Below, one piece after another: positions 1 to 10,769 of a DNA stretch of 64,000 bases; positions within the stretch are counted from its first letter, which is position 1; the number at the start of each line of letters is the position of its first letter. The stretch covers positions 2,458-66,457 of the forward strand of contig CAJMLW010000006.1 of NCBI GenBank assembly GCA_905214495.1, written 5' to 3'. The notes under the pieces are model-generated. The model had not been told where the DNA came from and made no database searches. It worked only from the letters and a program-made list of their open reading frames with translations. The DNA comes from an uncultured bacterium (GTDB lineage: Bacteria > Bacillota > Negativicutes > Veillonellales > Veillonellaceae). A program made the position numbers and the translations under genes.

Positions 1-665
1 GATTTAGCAGACAATTCAAGAGCCAATGGGTTTGGCGCCGCACCAGTCAAGAAGATGGAGCTAGATACACATGTAGTTGCCAATGCTACCCAGTTCAAAT
101 AAGAACCAATTTTACGAGGGTTCTTATCTGGATAAGAATCGAACATCGGACAAATACTAGATACGATTGGGTAAATCGTACCACCAGAACGAGCCGCATT
201 ACTTGGGATAAATGGAGCCAATACAAGGTCAGTAATGGCAATGGCATACCCAAGACCTAGGGATGACTTACCAAGTTTTGCTACGAGAAACAATGCAATA
301 CGACGACCAAGGCCGGAATTTTCATAACCAATACCGATCATGAAAGCCGCAAAGATCAACCATACGATGGCATTAGAGAAGCCACTGAGGCCCCAACTGA
401 TAGCTTGCGCATCAGTAATCGCCTTTGCTACACCAGTTGCTTTATCTACAACAGGGGCAGGACCTACTTTAAACAACATAGATACAGTAACTGCAATGAT
501 ACCGATAAAAGCTGGTGGCATTGGTTCTAAAATCAAACCTACCACGAGGCCAGCGAAAATACTTACGTAAATCCAAGAATTTGCGCTAAGGCCTTCAGGA
601 GCACCGATGAGCCATACAAGAATAGCTACTACAAGCGGTGCGAATAATTTCCAATTCAACTTCAT
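1..665 (-). CDS. DASS-family anion transporter (CitT/TtdT-like), runs off the left edge of the window
   Basis: Manual translation from ATG 665 (RBS AAGGAG): MKLNWKLFAPLVVAILVWLIGAPEGL...GFSNAIVWLIFAAF...SGLGRRIAL...FIPSNAARSGG...LTGAAPN, typical DASS motifs. Not in the ORF track. Confidence 0.85.
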   Translation of the reverse strand, partial: MKLNWKLFAPLVVAILVWLIGAPEGLSANSWIYVSIFAGLVVGLILEPMPPAFIGIIAVTVSMLFKVGPAPVVDKATGVAKAITDAQAISWGLSGFSNAIVWLIFAAFMIGIGYENSGLGRRIALFLVAKLGKSSLGLGYAIAITDLVLAPFIPSNAARSGGTIYPIVSSICPMFDSYPDKNPRKIGSYLNWVALATTCVSSSIFLTGAAPNPLALELSAK

Positions 666-868
666 TAGAAACTCTCCTTACTACTTCAAAACAAAAATTG
701 CAAAAAAAATACTTGTTTAGTATATCAAAATTTTTAATATCAGTACATAACTTAAAATATAATATTTATTAATAGACACTAAACTTTAGGTAATAGTATT
801 TAATGTAAAAGTATATCATGAACCGATCTAGAGAAAAAGAAGAAAACAATGATGTTTAACTCAATTGA

Positions 869-1735
869 TTATCTACATTTGTTAAACATATATAGGGAAC
901 ATAAGATGATTGGCGCCCCAATATAAAGACCTAAATCTGGAATTTCTCCGATAAGTATAGCTGCCACTATAGCTGCTACAAGAGGAGATAGATACATAAA
1001 GTTTGTTACATCTGATACATGTTTTGCATGCTCCAAGGCATAGCTCCAGAATACGAAACCCAACGCACTAGAGAAGCAGGCCAAATAGATAATAGCTAAC
1101 CATGCAATAGGTGGTGCTGCTGCGATGGTGGCAACAGATTGTGATACAAAGGGCAGTGCCATAATCGCACCGGTGAACATAGACCAGGTAGCAACCGTGA
1201 TGGAATCATGTCCTTTTAGGCTCAATCCGCGATTGACGATATTATAAATGGCAAAGAGTATCATGCCGAATAATGTCCAAAAGGCACCCATCGGTACATT
1301 GATAGGTCCCTTCCAAAGAATAATGATGGCTACGCCCGCAAAGGCAGTGATGGTAAAGAGCCAACCAATGGGCCTCATAAAATCTTTGTAAACGACTAAT
1401 GCCATAAGTGCTGTAGTCATAGGCGTTAAAGCCATGATAATACTGGATGTAGCCGCAGGAATAGTAAGAAGGCCCTGATTAAACACAACTTGATATACGA
1501 AATTCCCCGTCATGCCAAGTATGATATATAAGCCCCACTCGCGCCAGCTCGTAGGAATCTGTAAACCTTTAGCCACGCCAATGATAAGCATAAGAATAGC
1601 TCCTCCCACAACGCGGGCTACTGCTAGTGTTAATGGATCTACATGTTGTAATGCAATTTTACTAAACGGAAACGCTGTTGCCCAAACGGCTATAGTCGCT
1701 AATCCACCTATGATGGCTTTCACTCGGTTTGACAT
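869..1735 (-). CDS. DMT/EamA-family permease
   Basis: 288 aa, about 10 hydrophobic segments in two EamA-like repeats. Confidence 0.85.
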   Translation of the reverse strand: MSNRVKAIIGGLATIAVWATAFPFSKIALQHVDPLTLAVARVVGGAILMLIIGVAKGLQIPTSWREWGLYIILGMTGNFVYQVVFNQGLLTIPAATSSIIMALTPMTTALMALVVYKDFMRPIGWLFTITAFAGVAIIILWKGPINVPMGAFWTLFGMILFAIYNIVNRGLSLKGHDSITVATWSMFTGAIMALPFVSQSVATIAAAPPIAWLAIIYLACFSSALGFVFWSYALEHAKHVSDVTNFMYLSPLVAAIVAAILIGEIPDLGLYIGAPIILCSLYMFNKCR

Positions 1736-2151
1736 AGGACCAATCTCCCTTTCTTATATGTAATCTAATTCATTACTATACATCTAATTTATATGAGCAA
1801 TGTATTCAATTATAGGCACAAAAGAATAAAATGTCATCACCTATCAACAAACAAACTATGTGAACAGTAAATAGATCAGCCTATTAATTGAAATGCAATT
1901 TCATTATCTATAAATAATTTTATATATAGGATATTGCAATAAATAGACTTATAACATCTTATAAAACATTAATATTATAGGTATATTTAAGTATCATATT
2001 TTACTTTCGCAATACAAATTACACCTATACTTACGAAATTTGCATAGTATATATTGAAAATTTATATCATTTATATATTGTGAGTTTTAGACAAACATTG
2101 TACACTAGATATATCAAAATCTATAGTTATATCCATTTATGGAGGTGCAAA

Positions 2152-4269
2152 ATGCAACATACTGCATGGAAAGATTTTAACACAGGTGTGTGGGATAAAG
2201 CGATTGACGTACGCGACTTTATCCAAAGAAACTATGTTCCCTATGAAGGGGACGACTCCTTCCTAGTTGGTCCTACAGAACGTACTACAAAATTGTGGGA
2301 CAAGGTAATGAAACTATACGAAGAAGAACGCGAAAAAGGTGGCATGCTTGATGCCGATACTTCCGTGGCTACACACATCACTGCGCATGCGCCAGGATAT
2401 ATCGACAAAGACCTTGAAACTATCGTTGGTTTACAAACTGATAAACCTCTAAAACGCGCTATGTTCCCTTATGGTGGCCTTCGTACAGCAAAATCTGCCA
2501 TCGAAGAATATGGCTTCAAAATGGATCCTCAAACAGAGGACTTCTTCAAAAAGCATCGTAAAACTCACAATGACGGCGTATTCGATGTATACACTCCAGA
2601 AATGCGTGCTGCTCGTACAGCGCACATCGTAACTGGTTTGCCAGATGCATATAGCCGTGGCCGTATCATCGGTGACTATCGTCGTATCGCACTATATGGT
2701 ATCGACTACTTAATCGAAGAGAAAAACCAAGAATTCAGCATCACTATGGGTGATATGCTAGAAGACGTAATCCGAGACCGCGAAGAAATCAAAGAACAAA
2801 TTCGTTCCTTGAAAGAATTGAAAGAAATGGCTGCGTCCTATGGCTATGACATTTCCGAACCAGCTAAAGACGTTCGCGAAGCTATGCAATGGATCTACTT
2901 CGGTTACCTTGGTGCGATCAAGGAACAAAACGGTGCTGCTATGTCCATCGGCCGTAACTCTACATTCCTTGATATCTATGCTGAACGCGACCTTCGCAAC
3001 GGCACATACACAGAAGAACAAATCCAAGAATTCGTAGATCATTTCATCATGAAATTGCGTATGGTTCGCTTTGCACGTATCCACGAATACAACAACTTAT
3101 TCACAGGCGACCCTGTTTGGACTACTGAATCCATCGGTGGTATGGGTACTGACGGCCGTACATTGGTTTCTAAAATGTCCTTCCGTTACCTACATACATT
3201 GACTAACCTTGGTCCTGCTCCAGAACCAAACCTCACTGTATTATGGTCCCCTCGCATGCCAATCGGCTTCCGCCGTTTCTGTGCGAAATTATCTATCGAA
3301 ACTTCTTCTATCCAATACGAAAACGACGAATTGATGCGTCCTAACTCCGGTGATGACTATGCAATCGCATGTTGCGTATCCCCAATGCGTATTGGTAAAG
3401 AAATGCAATTCTTCGGTGCTCGTTCTAACCTAGCAAAATGCTTGCTTTATGCAATCAATGGCGGCGTTGACGAAAAACTTAAGAAACAAATCGGTCCTAA
3501 ATACCGCCCTATTACATCCGAATACTTAGACTTTGACGAAGTATGGGAAAAATTCGACGACATGATGGAATGGTTGGCAGGCGTATATGTAAACGCATTG
3601 AACATCATTCACTACATGCATGATAAATACGCTTATGAAAAACTAGAAATGGCATTGCATGACCGCAAGGTAACTCGCTGGTTCGCAACTGGCATTGCCG
3701 GTTTATCCGTAGTAGCTGACTCCTTGTCCGCTATTAAATACGCTAAGGTAAAACCTATTCGTGACGAAAACGGCATCGCTGTTGATTTCGAAATCGAAGG
3801 TGAATTTCCTAAATATGGTAACGATGACGATCGTGTAGATAGCTTGGCTTCCATGGTTGTATCCACATTCATGAACAAAGTGCGTAAACATCCTACATAC
3901 CGTCAATCCGTTCCTACTATGAGCTTGTTAACAATTACTTCTAACGTAGTATATGGTACTGCAACAGGTTCCACACCAGACGGCCGTAAGGCTGGTCAAG
4001 CTTTCGCTCCTGGTGCTAACCCTATGCATGGTCGTGACTCTCACGGTGCCGTAGCTTCGTTATCTTCCGTTGCAAAAATGCCATGGCGCGATTGCTCTGA
4101 CGGTATTTCCAATACCTTCTCCATCGTTCCAGACGCATTAGGTAAATCTGGTGAAACATTTGTATCCGTAGGCGATTTTGATATTGAGTTAGACCCTTCT
4201 CAATTGCCTAACAGCAATACAAACTTCGCTTGCAGCGAACCAAATGTTACTATAGAGGAAGATAAATAA
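2152..4269 (+). CDS. pflB: Pyruvate formate-lyase catalytic barrel, lacking the C-terminal glycyl-radical domain
   Basis: [17 protein letters not shown] and IACCVSPM (active-site Cys pair). RBS GGAGG before ATG 2152. Similarity to PFL stops at SIVPDALGK and there is no RVSGY motif. Confidence 0.93.
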   Translation: MQHTAWKDFNTGVWDKAIDVRDFIQRNYVPYEGDDSFLVGPTERTTKLWDKVMKLYEEEREKGGMLDADTSVATHITAHAPGYIDKDLETIVGLQTDKPLKRAMFPYGGLRTAKSAIEEYGFKMDPQTEDFFKKHRKTHNDGVFDVYTPEMRAARTAHIVTGLPDAYSRGRIIGDYRRIALYGIDYLIEEKNQEFSITMGDMLEDVIRDREEIKEQIRSLKELKEMAASYGYDISEPAKDVREAMQWIYFGYLGAIKEQNGAAMSIGRNSTFLDIYAERDLRNGTYTEEQIQEFVDHFIMKLRMVRFARIHEYNNLFTGDPVWTTESIGGMGTDGRTLVSKMSFRYLHTLTNLGPAPEPNLTVLWSPRMPIGFRRFCAKLSIETSSIQYENDELMRPNSGDDYAIACCVSPMRIGKEMQFFGARSNLAKCLLYAINGGVDEKLKKQIGPKYRPITSEYLDFDEVWEKFDDMMEWLAGVYVNALNIIHYMHDKYAYEKLEMALHDRKVTRWFATGIAGLSVVADSLSAIKYAKVKPIRDENGIAVDFEIEGEFPKYGNDDDRVDSLASMVVSTFMNKVRKHPTYRQSVPTMSLLTITSNVVYGTATGSTPDGRKAGQAFAPGANPMHGRDSHGAVASLSSVAKMPWRDCSDGISNTFSIVPDALGKSGETFVSVGDFDIELDPSQLPNSNTNFACSEPNVTIEEDK

Positions 4270-4336
4270 TCTTCCACCGTATTGTATGCTTTCACCGGCA
4301 TCAGTACTCGTATTTTGGTTGAAAGGAGGAATACCC

Positions 4337-4576
4337 ATGAGCAACCAACAACAAGTGGATAACTTGGTAGAATTATTGGATGGCTACTCCCAAAAGGGCG
4401 GTCACCATTTGAACGTTAACGTGTTCACTCGTGAAACATTGTTAGACGCTCAAAAACATCCTGAGTTGTATCCTCAATTGACTGTTCGTGTATCTGGTTA
4501 TGCAGTACACTTCAACAAATTGACGAAACAACAACAAGATGAAGTTATTTCCCGTACATTCCATCAACAAATCTAA
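4337..4576 (+). CDS. Stand-alone glycyl-radical domain (C-terminal part of PFL, GrcA-like function)
   Basis: 79 aa with GGHHLNVNV...[13 protein letters not shown] and its own RBS GAAAGGAGG. Confidence 0.93.
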   Translation: MSNQQQVDNLVELLDGYSQKGGHHLNVNVFTRETLLDAQKHPELYPQLTVRVSGYAVHFNKLTKQQQDEVISRTFHQQI

Positions 4577-4588
4577 TCGAGGTTTTCT

Positions 4589-5374
4589 ATGACAGGACGT
4601 ATTCATTCACTAGAAACGATGGGTACGGTTGATGGTCCAGGCATGCGCATGGTCGTATTCCTTCAAGGATGCCCCATGCGTTGTGCCTATTGCCATAATC
4701 CAGACACGTGGAATGAAGAAAGCCAAGAAGCTAAGTTCATGACCGTCGAAGAGATTTGGCAGCAATACGAACGTAACCGTCAGTTCTATACGAACGGTGG
4801 CATTACTGTCACAGGTGGGGAAGCATTGATGCAAATTAACTTTGTCATCGAGCTTTTCACATATTTTAGTGAAAGAAACGTCCATACCTGTTTAGATACA
4901 AGTGGAATTTGTTTTGATCCCCACCAAGAGGTGGCGTACCGTAAGTTACTGAGTGTAACGAGTCTCGTCATTTTGGATATTAAGGACATCGACCCTACTG
5001 TCCACAAATGGCTAACCGCACAGCCTTTAGAACCAATCCTTCAATTCGCAAAACTGACAGCTGATGTAAATGTGCCGATTTGGGTGCGTCACGTGGTGGT
5101 ACCTACTATTACGGACAACGCTGATCGTCACTATAGGCTAGGCTTTTTCTTAGGCTCACTACGCAACTTACAAGCCGTCGACTGTTTACCATATCATGTA
5201 ATGGGTGTTGCTAAATACAAGGAATTAGGTATCACCTACCGCCTTGATGGCATCCCGGCCGCTACAAAGGATTTAGCCGCTAAAGCGAGCAAAACCGTTG
5301 TAGAAGGCATAAAAGCATATCGTAGACATTGGTGGTGTCCCATCAAAACACAAACTAATCATAATCAAGTTTGA
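4589..5374 (+). CDS. pflA: PFL-activating enzyme (radical SAM)
   Basis: GTVDGPG, CPMRCAYCHNPDTW (CxxxCxxC), TGGE. Confidence 0.95.
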   Translation: MTGRIHSLETMGTVDGPGMRMVVFLQGCPMRCAYCHNPDTWNEESQEAKFMTVEEIWQQYERNRQFYTNGGITVTGGEALMQINFVIELFTYFSERNVHTCLDTSGICFDPHQEVAYRKLLSVTSLVILDIKDIDPTVHKWLTAQPLEPILQFAKLTADVNVPIWVRHVVVPTITDNADRHYRLGFFLGSLRNLQAVDCLPYHVMGVAKYKELGITYRLDGIPAATKDLAAKASKTVVEGIKAYRRHWWCPIKTQTNHNQV

Positions 5375-5447
5375 GGATAACTACCTCCCTTGATATATAT
5401 ACTATATATATTAAAAACTTGATCTATGATACTAGCCCTAAACGAAA

Positions 5448-5482
5448 GTACCCCCTGACCACACAACCGGTCAGGGGGTATT
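5448..5482. terminator. Bidirectional terminator between convergent pflA and the dehydrogenase gene
   Basis: TACCCCCTGACC / GGTCAGGGGGTA inverted repeat. Confidence 0.7.
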
Positions 5483-5492
5483 TGTTTATCGC

Positions 5493-6446
5493 TTAAGATA
5501 CCACATTGATTGGTTCACCTTTAAAGAAGGCTTGTACATTATCACGAATGATGCCTACCAAACGTTGGCGCGTTTCAAGGCCTTTCCAGCCCATATGAGG
5601 TGTGATAATAACATTATCAAGTGTATAAAGAGGGCTATCCTCAACTGGAGGTTCTACCTCTTGTACATCAAGACCTGCACCATGAATGCGTTTAGCTGCT
5701 AGAGCTTCACATAAATCCGCTTCATTAATAAGTCCACCACGGCCTGTGTTAAGAATAACAGCAGATGGTTTCATCTTAACGATTGTATCCTTATTAATCA
5801 AATGTTTCGTCTTATCATTCAATGGGCAATGTAGGGAAATATAATCACTTTGTGCAAGTAATTCATCAAGGCTCACATAACGAATACCATCGCCATCTTC
5901 CTTTGGTGTACGCGTATGAATTAAAATATTCATATCTAAGGCCTTTGCTACCTTCACAACAGCCATGCCGATATGACCTGCACCGATGATACCTAATGTT
6001 TTACCATTAACTTCGGTGTGAGGCACTTGTAAATAGTTAGTAAAATTGCTACGGTCGCCTCTAGCAAGCATACCAATTTGTTTCTGCATGGTAGACGCAA
6101 AATTGAGGATCATCATGATTACCGTATGTGCTACACGTTCTGTGCTGTACGCTGGAATATTGCATACAGTAATGCCTCTTTCCTTTGCTGCATTTAGGTC
6201 GATATTATTATAGCCAGTACCAGCTTCTACGATGAGTTTTACTGTATCTGGGAATTGTGAAAGTAACTCAGCAGTAACAGGAATCTCTTTTGTTACTACT
6301 ACAGTAGCACCTTGAATACGTTCAATAAATTCTGCATTAGTGCTATCGTCATATACTTGTACATCATTTGATAAAATAGAAAAATCTAGCAAGTGATCGT
6401 AATTCATCTTGCCTGCATTAACTACTACAACTCGTTCGTTCATCAT
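5493..6446 (-). CDS. D-2-hydroxyacid dehydrogenase (glycerate dehydrogenase-like)
   Basis: GIIGAGHIG Rossmann motif, LNTGRG, LDVQEVEP, TPHMGW. Confidence 0.88.
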   Translation of the reverse strand: MMNERVVVVNAGKMNYDHLLDFSILSNDVQVYDDSTNAEFIERIQGATVVVTKEIPVTAELLSQFPDTVKLIVEAGTGYNNIDLNAAKERGITVCNIPAYSTERVAHTVIMMILNFASTMQKQIGMLARGDRSNFTNYLQVPHTEVNGKTLGIIGAGHIGMAVVKVAKALDMNILIHTRTPKEDGDGIRYVSLDELLAQSDYISLHCPLNDKTKHLINKDTIVKMKPSAVILNTGRGGLINEADLCEALAAKRIHGAGLDVQEVEPPVEDSPLYTLDNVIITPHMGWKGLETRQRLVGIIRDNVQAFFKGEPINVVS

Positions 6447-6669
6447 ATCCTCCTAACAATTTCTATTAAGGGTAAATGTATTATATAATAATTATACTAC
6501 AATATACTCTATATTATATGCTAATCTATCATAACTTATGCAGATTAAGACTAATTTTCCCTAGAATATAAATCCAAATGAAATTTTAGCATAAACTTTC
6601 ACAAAAACTATTGTTTAATTCCCTAAAAGTTATACAATAAAAGTAATGTATTTTAGGAGTGAAATTATC

Positions 6670-7782
6670 ATGAGACCAACATATTTAACGATTGATACAA
6701 GCTTGGTTCGCGAGAACCTACGCAAAATAAAAGACAGCCTCCCAGAATGGAGTACATCCACAGCTGTTATCAAGGCCAACGGCTATGGTCACGGTAGCGT
6801 CATGATGGGACGTATTGCTGTTGAAGAAGGTTATGAATCCTTAGCTGTCGCGATTCCAGAAGAATCTGTACCACTTCGCAATGCTGGCATTATGGTTCCT
6901 ATTTATCTATTGGGCCTTACGAGACCACAATCCTTTGAACTTGTAGCGGATACTAATTCCATTCCTGCTGTTTGCGAATCCACAGATTTAGAAGCCCTCA
7001 ATAAGGTGGCTGACAACCACGATATGATTATCCGTGTCGCCGTAGCAGTTGATACAGGCATGCATCGCATAGGTATTAAACCAGAGGATGCAGTGGAGTT
7101 CATTAAGCGCGTTGAATCCTATCCAAATCTTGCAGTAGATGGATTCTTTTCACACATGAGCAATGCCGATGCAGCAGATCAAAGCCATGCACATGGGCAA
7201 GCACAAAAGTTCCATACAATGGTGGACGAAATCCGCGCCTTTAGACCTGATGCGGACTATCGCTTCTCCTTGGCAAACAGCGCCGGTCTATTATCTGTAA
7301 AAGATAGCCTATTTACAGATGCACGTCCAGGCATCATCCAATACGGCATCATGCCCTCTCTAGACGTGCCAAATCGATTAGGCCTCAAACCAGTTCTCTC
7401 CTTCCACAGTGAAGTCGTACACGTCCAACATCTCGATGCAGGCGAAGGCATTGGTTATGGCTCTACCTATATTACTCCAGAGCCGATGACAATTGCTACC
7501 ATTCCTGTAGGCTACGCCGACGGTTATCCACGAAGCCTATCCAATCGTGGTACCGTTCTCATCCAAGGTACCCGTTGCCCTGTAGTAGGACGTATTTGCA
7601 TGGACCAATTCATGGTTGCTATACCTGATACGATTACTGTTGCACCAGGCGACAAGGTTGTACTATTAGGATCTCAAGGTCATGAAAGCATCTCTGCCCT
7701 TGAAATTGCAGCCCTCGCCTCTACCATTCCTTATGAAATCTTCTGTGGCTTCTCTGATCGTGTGCCACGACAATACATATAA
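6670..7782 (+). CDS. alr: Alanine racemase
   Basis: AVIKANGYGHG (PLP lysine), DTGMHRIG, GYADG, GRICMDQ. Confidence 0.95.
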   Translation: MRPTYLTIDTSLVRENLRKIKDSLPEWSTSTAVIKANGYGHGSVMMGRIAVEEGYESLAVAIPEESVPLRNAGIMVPIYLLGLTRPQSFELVADTNSIPAVCESTDLEALNKVADNHDMIIRVAVAVDTGMHRIGIKPEDAVEFIKRVESYPNLAVDGFFSHMSNADAADQSHAHGQAQKFHTMVDEIRAFRPDADYRFSLANSAGLLSVKDSLFTDARPGIIQYGIMPSLDVPNRLGLKPVLSFHSEVVHVQHLDAGEGIGYGSTYITPEPMTIATIPVGYADGYPRSLSNRGTVLIQGTRCPVVGRICMDQFMVAIPDTITVAPGDKVVLLGSQGHESISALEIAALASTIPYEIFCGFSDRVPRQYI

Positions 7783-7790
7783 CACAAAAA

Positions 7791-7860
7791 GGATGACATT
7801 GATAATTCCAATGTCATCCACAAAAGTAAAAGCACCACCGAAAATTCGGTGGTGCTTTTA
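7791..7860. terminator. Two tandem hairpins downstream of alr
   Basis: GGATGACATT/AATGTCATCC and AAAAGCACCACCG/CGGTGGTGCTTTT. Confidence 0.65.
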
Positions 7861-8110
7861 TTCTCCTATACCATACACATATGGATTGTGTGTGTTGTAT
7901 GTGTCATGAAATATATATGAATTTTCAGCTAAATCTCTATAGAATTTTAATAAACGCTATTCATGAATCATCAATTCATATTATGGCTGATACTTTCTGT
8001 GAAAGCTCATACTATGTAACCTCTCCCATATTAGTAAACACTAATATTTTCAATATGATAGATAGCTAGATAATTCATGAGTAAATTTTTAGAAAAAACT
8101 CTACACATAC

Positions 8111-8140
8111 AAAAAAGCCACAAGGTGTTAACCTTGTGGC
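8111..8140 (-). terminator. Terminator of the tRNA gene
   Basis: GCCACAAGGT/ACCTTGTGGC hairpin followed by a T-tract on the minus strand. Confidence 0.7.
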
Positions 8141-8143
8141 CAT

Positions 8144-8219
8144 TGGAGCTGATAATAGGATTCGAACCTACGACCTACTCATTACGAATGAGCCGCTCTA
8201 CCAACTGAGCTATACCAGC
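8144..8219 (-). tRNA. tRNA-Thr (anticodon CGT)
   Basis: 76 nt GCTGGTATAGCTCAGTTGGTAGAGC...TTCGTAA loop...GGTTCGAATCC...CCA. Confidence 0.96.
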
Positions 8220-8304
8220 ATGTGTATAGTAACATCCTACTCCTATTACAGTAAGATGTCAAATACACCTATTTTACGCCTTTTACAGATACGAGTAGGA
8301 TCAA

Positions 8305-8570
8305 AGGCTTTTTCTCTAAAGAAACCTTGTATGCGCCTTCTTTTGTTTCACCAATTTGATTTGTATTGTGGTTGTATTTCAACTCATATTTACCTGTTGA
8401 ATGAAAGCATTGAGCAATGTGTTGGCGCCTACAATGGCTGCATGATTAGCATCAACGACTGCTACTGTCGGTTATACCGGTGCAATACTAGCCGCATTAA
8501 CAACTGGTGCATTTACCCCAAATGCCGCTGCTAGTGCCAATGCAATGCCGCCTTTCACGAACAAAATCAT
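8305..8570 (-). pseudogene. Decayed gene for a secreted protein
   Basis: MILFVKGGIALALAAAFGVNAPVVNAASIAPV* is signal-peptide-like. An in-frame stop is followed by plausible coding sequence and a frameshift. Confidence 0.4.
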
Positions 8571-8656
8571 AATCTAAAATAACACCCACGAATAGATAGC
8601 ATATGTTACAATTTAATTAGTAAAACAGTAATTAATAATATATACAAGTGAGTACT

Positions 8657-9574
8657 ATGATTTCTTTATATCCAACCTTTTACCATACATTTCAATGCAA
8701 AGCCAATCAATGTCATCATACATGTTGTCAAAAGTGGACCATCGATGTAGATGAGGAAACGGCTAAACTATATCAAACGTTGCCTACACCACTAGGCGAA
8801 GATCTACGGAAATTTATGACCGTCGATGACGAAGGCTATTATTTCATGTTTAGCGACAAACAACCTACCTGTCCATTGCTACGTGAAGATGGATTGTGCC
8901 GTGTTGTCTTAGAACTAGGCGAAGATAGTTTATGCGATACTTGTCATATGCATCCGCGGTTCTATAAATATATCGAAGACCTCGAGCTCTGTGGTGTCGG
9001 TCTATCCTGCGAAGAATCGGTAGAAAAGTTACTCGCTACCGAAGGCGATCAATTACTATTCACCATCGAAGATGATGACGGCGAATTTACTGCGAAAGAC
9101 CGTCCCGTACTCGAAAATATCTTTGACCTCTTAGCATTAGGTATCAGTCCTACTATATGTCAATTTACACCAAATCATTCCATCCGATACTGTCAAAAGT
9201 TAATCAGTGTATATAAAGAAACGGAACCTATCGATGAAGAGTGGACAAAACAACTAGCTCATTTAGAAGATATGCTATCATCAACAACAGCAATGAATAC
9301 GACAGATTTGCTCACACTTGATGCACAAGAAACGGCCACGCTTAACAAGGTATATCAATACATCCTATATCGCCAAATTGATATGCTTGCAGAATACTCG
9401 TTAGAAAGCCTTGTGCGATACGCCTTTGACGCCACAGTATTCATCGCATTGTTAACACATCAATTCGGAAATCTACCAGAACAAATCAGACGATGGTCTG
9501 AACAAATCGAGTACGATGAAGATAATGTAGCATTCTTATTTAATGAATATGAAAACAGCAACAATTACAAATAA
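8657..9574 (+). CDS. FliB-family (flagellin lysine-N-methylase-like) Cys-rich protein
   Basis: YPTFYHTFQCKANQCHHTCCQKWTIDVD, CPLL...GLC, LCDTCHMHPR, LSCEE pattern. Confidence 0.75.
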   Translation: MISLYPTFYHTFQCKANQCHHTCCQKWTIDVDEETAKLYQTLPTPLGEDLRKFMTVDDEGYYFMFSDKQPTCPLLREDGLCRVVLELGEDSLCDTCHMHPRFYKYIEDLELCGVGLSCEESVEKLLATEGDQLLFTIEDDDGEFTAKDRPVLENIFDLLALGISPTICQFTPNHSIRYCQKLISVYKETEPIDEEWTKQLAHLEDMLSSTTAMNTTDLLTLDAQETATLNKVYQYILYRQIDMLAEYSLESLVRYAFDATVFIALLTHQFGNLPEQIRRWSEQIEYDEDNVAFLFNEYENSNNYK

Positions 9575-9714
9575 GAGTTATCGGACAAATCAAACGTTGC
9601 TATATAACGATAAAAGGGGCTGCAACTAAAATGCGGTAAAACCGCATTCTGTTACAGCCCCTTAATTTTATTATATTTTTATGTTATAAATAGTTTAACC
9701 TTACTTATAAAAAG

Positions 9715-10620
9715 TTATTGCAAACTTCCTAAGATTTTAGTCAAATTATCATCCATTCTTTCAAGATATGTTTTATCGTCTTCCTTGCTTTCGATAGTAT
9801 AAATAGTTTCTACCTTAGCGCCTACTTCTTGAGCTAATGTTTTGGATACTTCAGGGCTAGCCATTTCTTCTGCAAAGATAGTAGTAATCTTGTTTTCTTT
9901 ACAATATTCGATGAGCTTAGCCAATTGAGCTGCATTTGGTTCACCTTCTGCAAACACATCTTCTACGCTATTTTGTTCTAGACCAAAGTCACGGCATAGA
10001 TATGCAAAGGCTGCATGACCTGTTACAAAATTCTTGTGTGGTGCTTTTGCAAATTGATCTTCGTATTTTTGAATCATAGCATCTAATTTTGCTACATAAT
10101 CATTGTAGTTCTTTTCGTAATAATCCTTATTAGCAGGATCTACCTTTACCAATGCATCTTTAATATTTTTAACTTCGATTTTTGCATTTTTTAAAGATAA
10201 CCATGCATGAGGATCTTCGGCACCATGCTCTTTAATTTCGTCAGGATCTGTATTTTTAATAGCCTCTATACCATCAGAAGCTTTCACAGATACGAGTTTA
10301 TCATTTTTAGCCGCATCAATTGCTTGTTGCGCCCAAGGTTCCATACCTAAACCATTGTAAACAAATACTTGAGCTGATGCCAATTGTTTCATATTTTCTG
10401 GTTTTAATTCAAAGTCATGTGGTTCCGTACCATCTGGAATAATCGTAGATACCTCTACCTTATCGCCACCGATGGCCTTTGCAAATTCAGACATAGCATT
10501 AAAACTTGTTACCACTTGGATTTTCTTACCTGCTTGTTCCTTTGGCGCATCATTACCACAGCCTGCAAATAAAGCAGCCATCAATACGCCGATTACTAAT
10601 AATACCAGTTTCTTGACCAT
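9715..10620 (-). CDS. znuA: Zn ABC transporter substrate-binding lipoprotein (ZnuA/AdcA-like)
   Basis: Lipobox FAGC, EPHDFE, DPHAWLS, GHAAFAY. Confidence 0.85.
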   Translation of the reverse strand: MVKKLVLLVIGVLMAALFAGCGNDAPKEQAGKKIQVVTSFNAMSEFAKAIGGDKVEVSTIIPDGTEPHDFELKPENMKQLASAQVFVYNGLGMEPWAQQAIDAAKNDKLVSVKASDGIEAIKNTDPDEIKEHGAEDPHAWLSLKNAKIEVKNIKDALVKVDPANKDYYEKNYNDYVAKLDAMIQKYEDQFAKAPHKNFVTGHAAFAYLCRDFGLEQNSVEDVFAEGEPNAAQLAKLIEYCKENKITTIFAEEMASPEVSKTLAQEVGAKVETIYTIESKEDDKTYLERMDDNLTKILGSLQ

Positions 10621-10693
10621 AGTTGGCCTCCTTTTTTCTAAAATCCTGAGTACTCATGCTATTATAGTATATATACCATTCTTTAGTTGCAGT

Positions 10694-10708
10694 TGCGACT
10701 CAGTTGCA
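10694..10708. promoter_or_regulatory. Candidate Zur operator
   Basis: Near-palindrome TGCGACT-C-AGTTGCA between divergent znuA and znuC-znuB-zur. Confidence 0.55.
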
Positions 10709-10769
10709 TTTGTAATATAGTTATAGTATAAACGTAGTAATAATTTTGTCAATCGGAAAAGTGGTTTTT

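Noticed and set aside
340..570. Plus-strand 76-aa ORF and the many other short ORFs antisense to or nested in long genes
   Set aside because: Shadow ORFs of well-supported genes, with no RBS or motifs
4147..4336. Intron, intein or stop readthrough joining pflB to the glycyl-radical ORF
   Set aside because: Different frames, a dedicated RBS for the second ORF, and no visible group I/II or intein motifs
8144..8219. tRNA as an integration site for an island
   Set aside because: No integrase and no duplicated tRNA 3' end seen
8136..8534. 132-aa plus-strand ORF
   Set aside because: Overlaps the tRNA-Thr gene on the opposite strand; spurious
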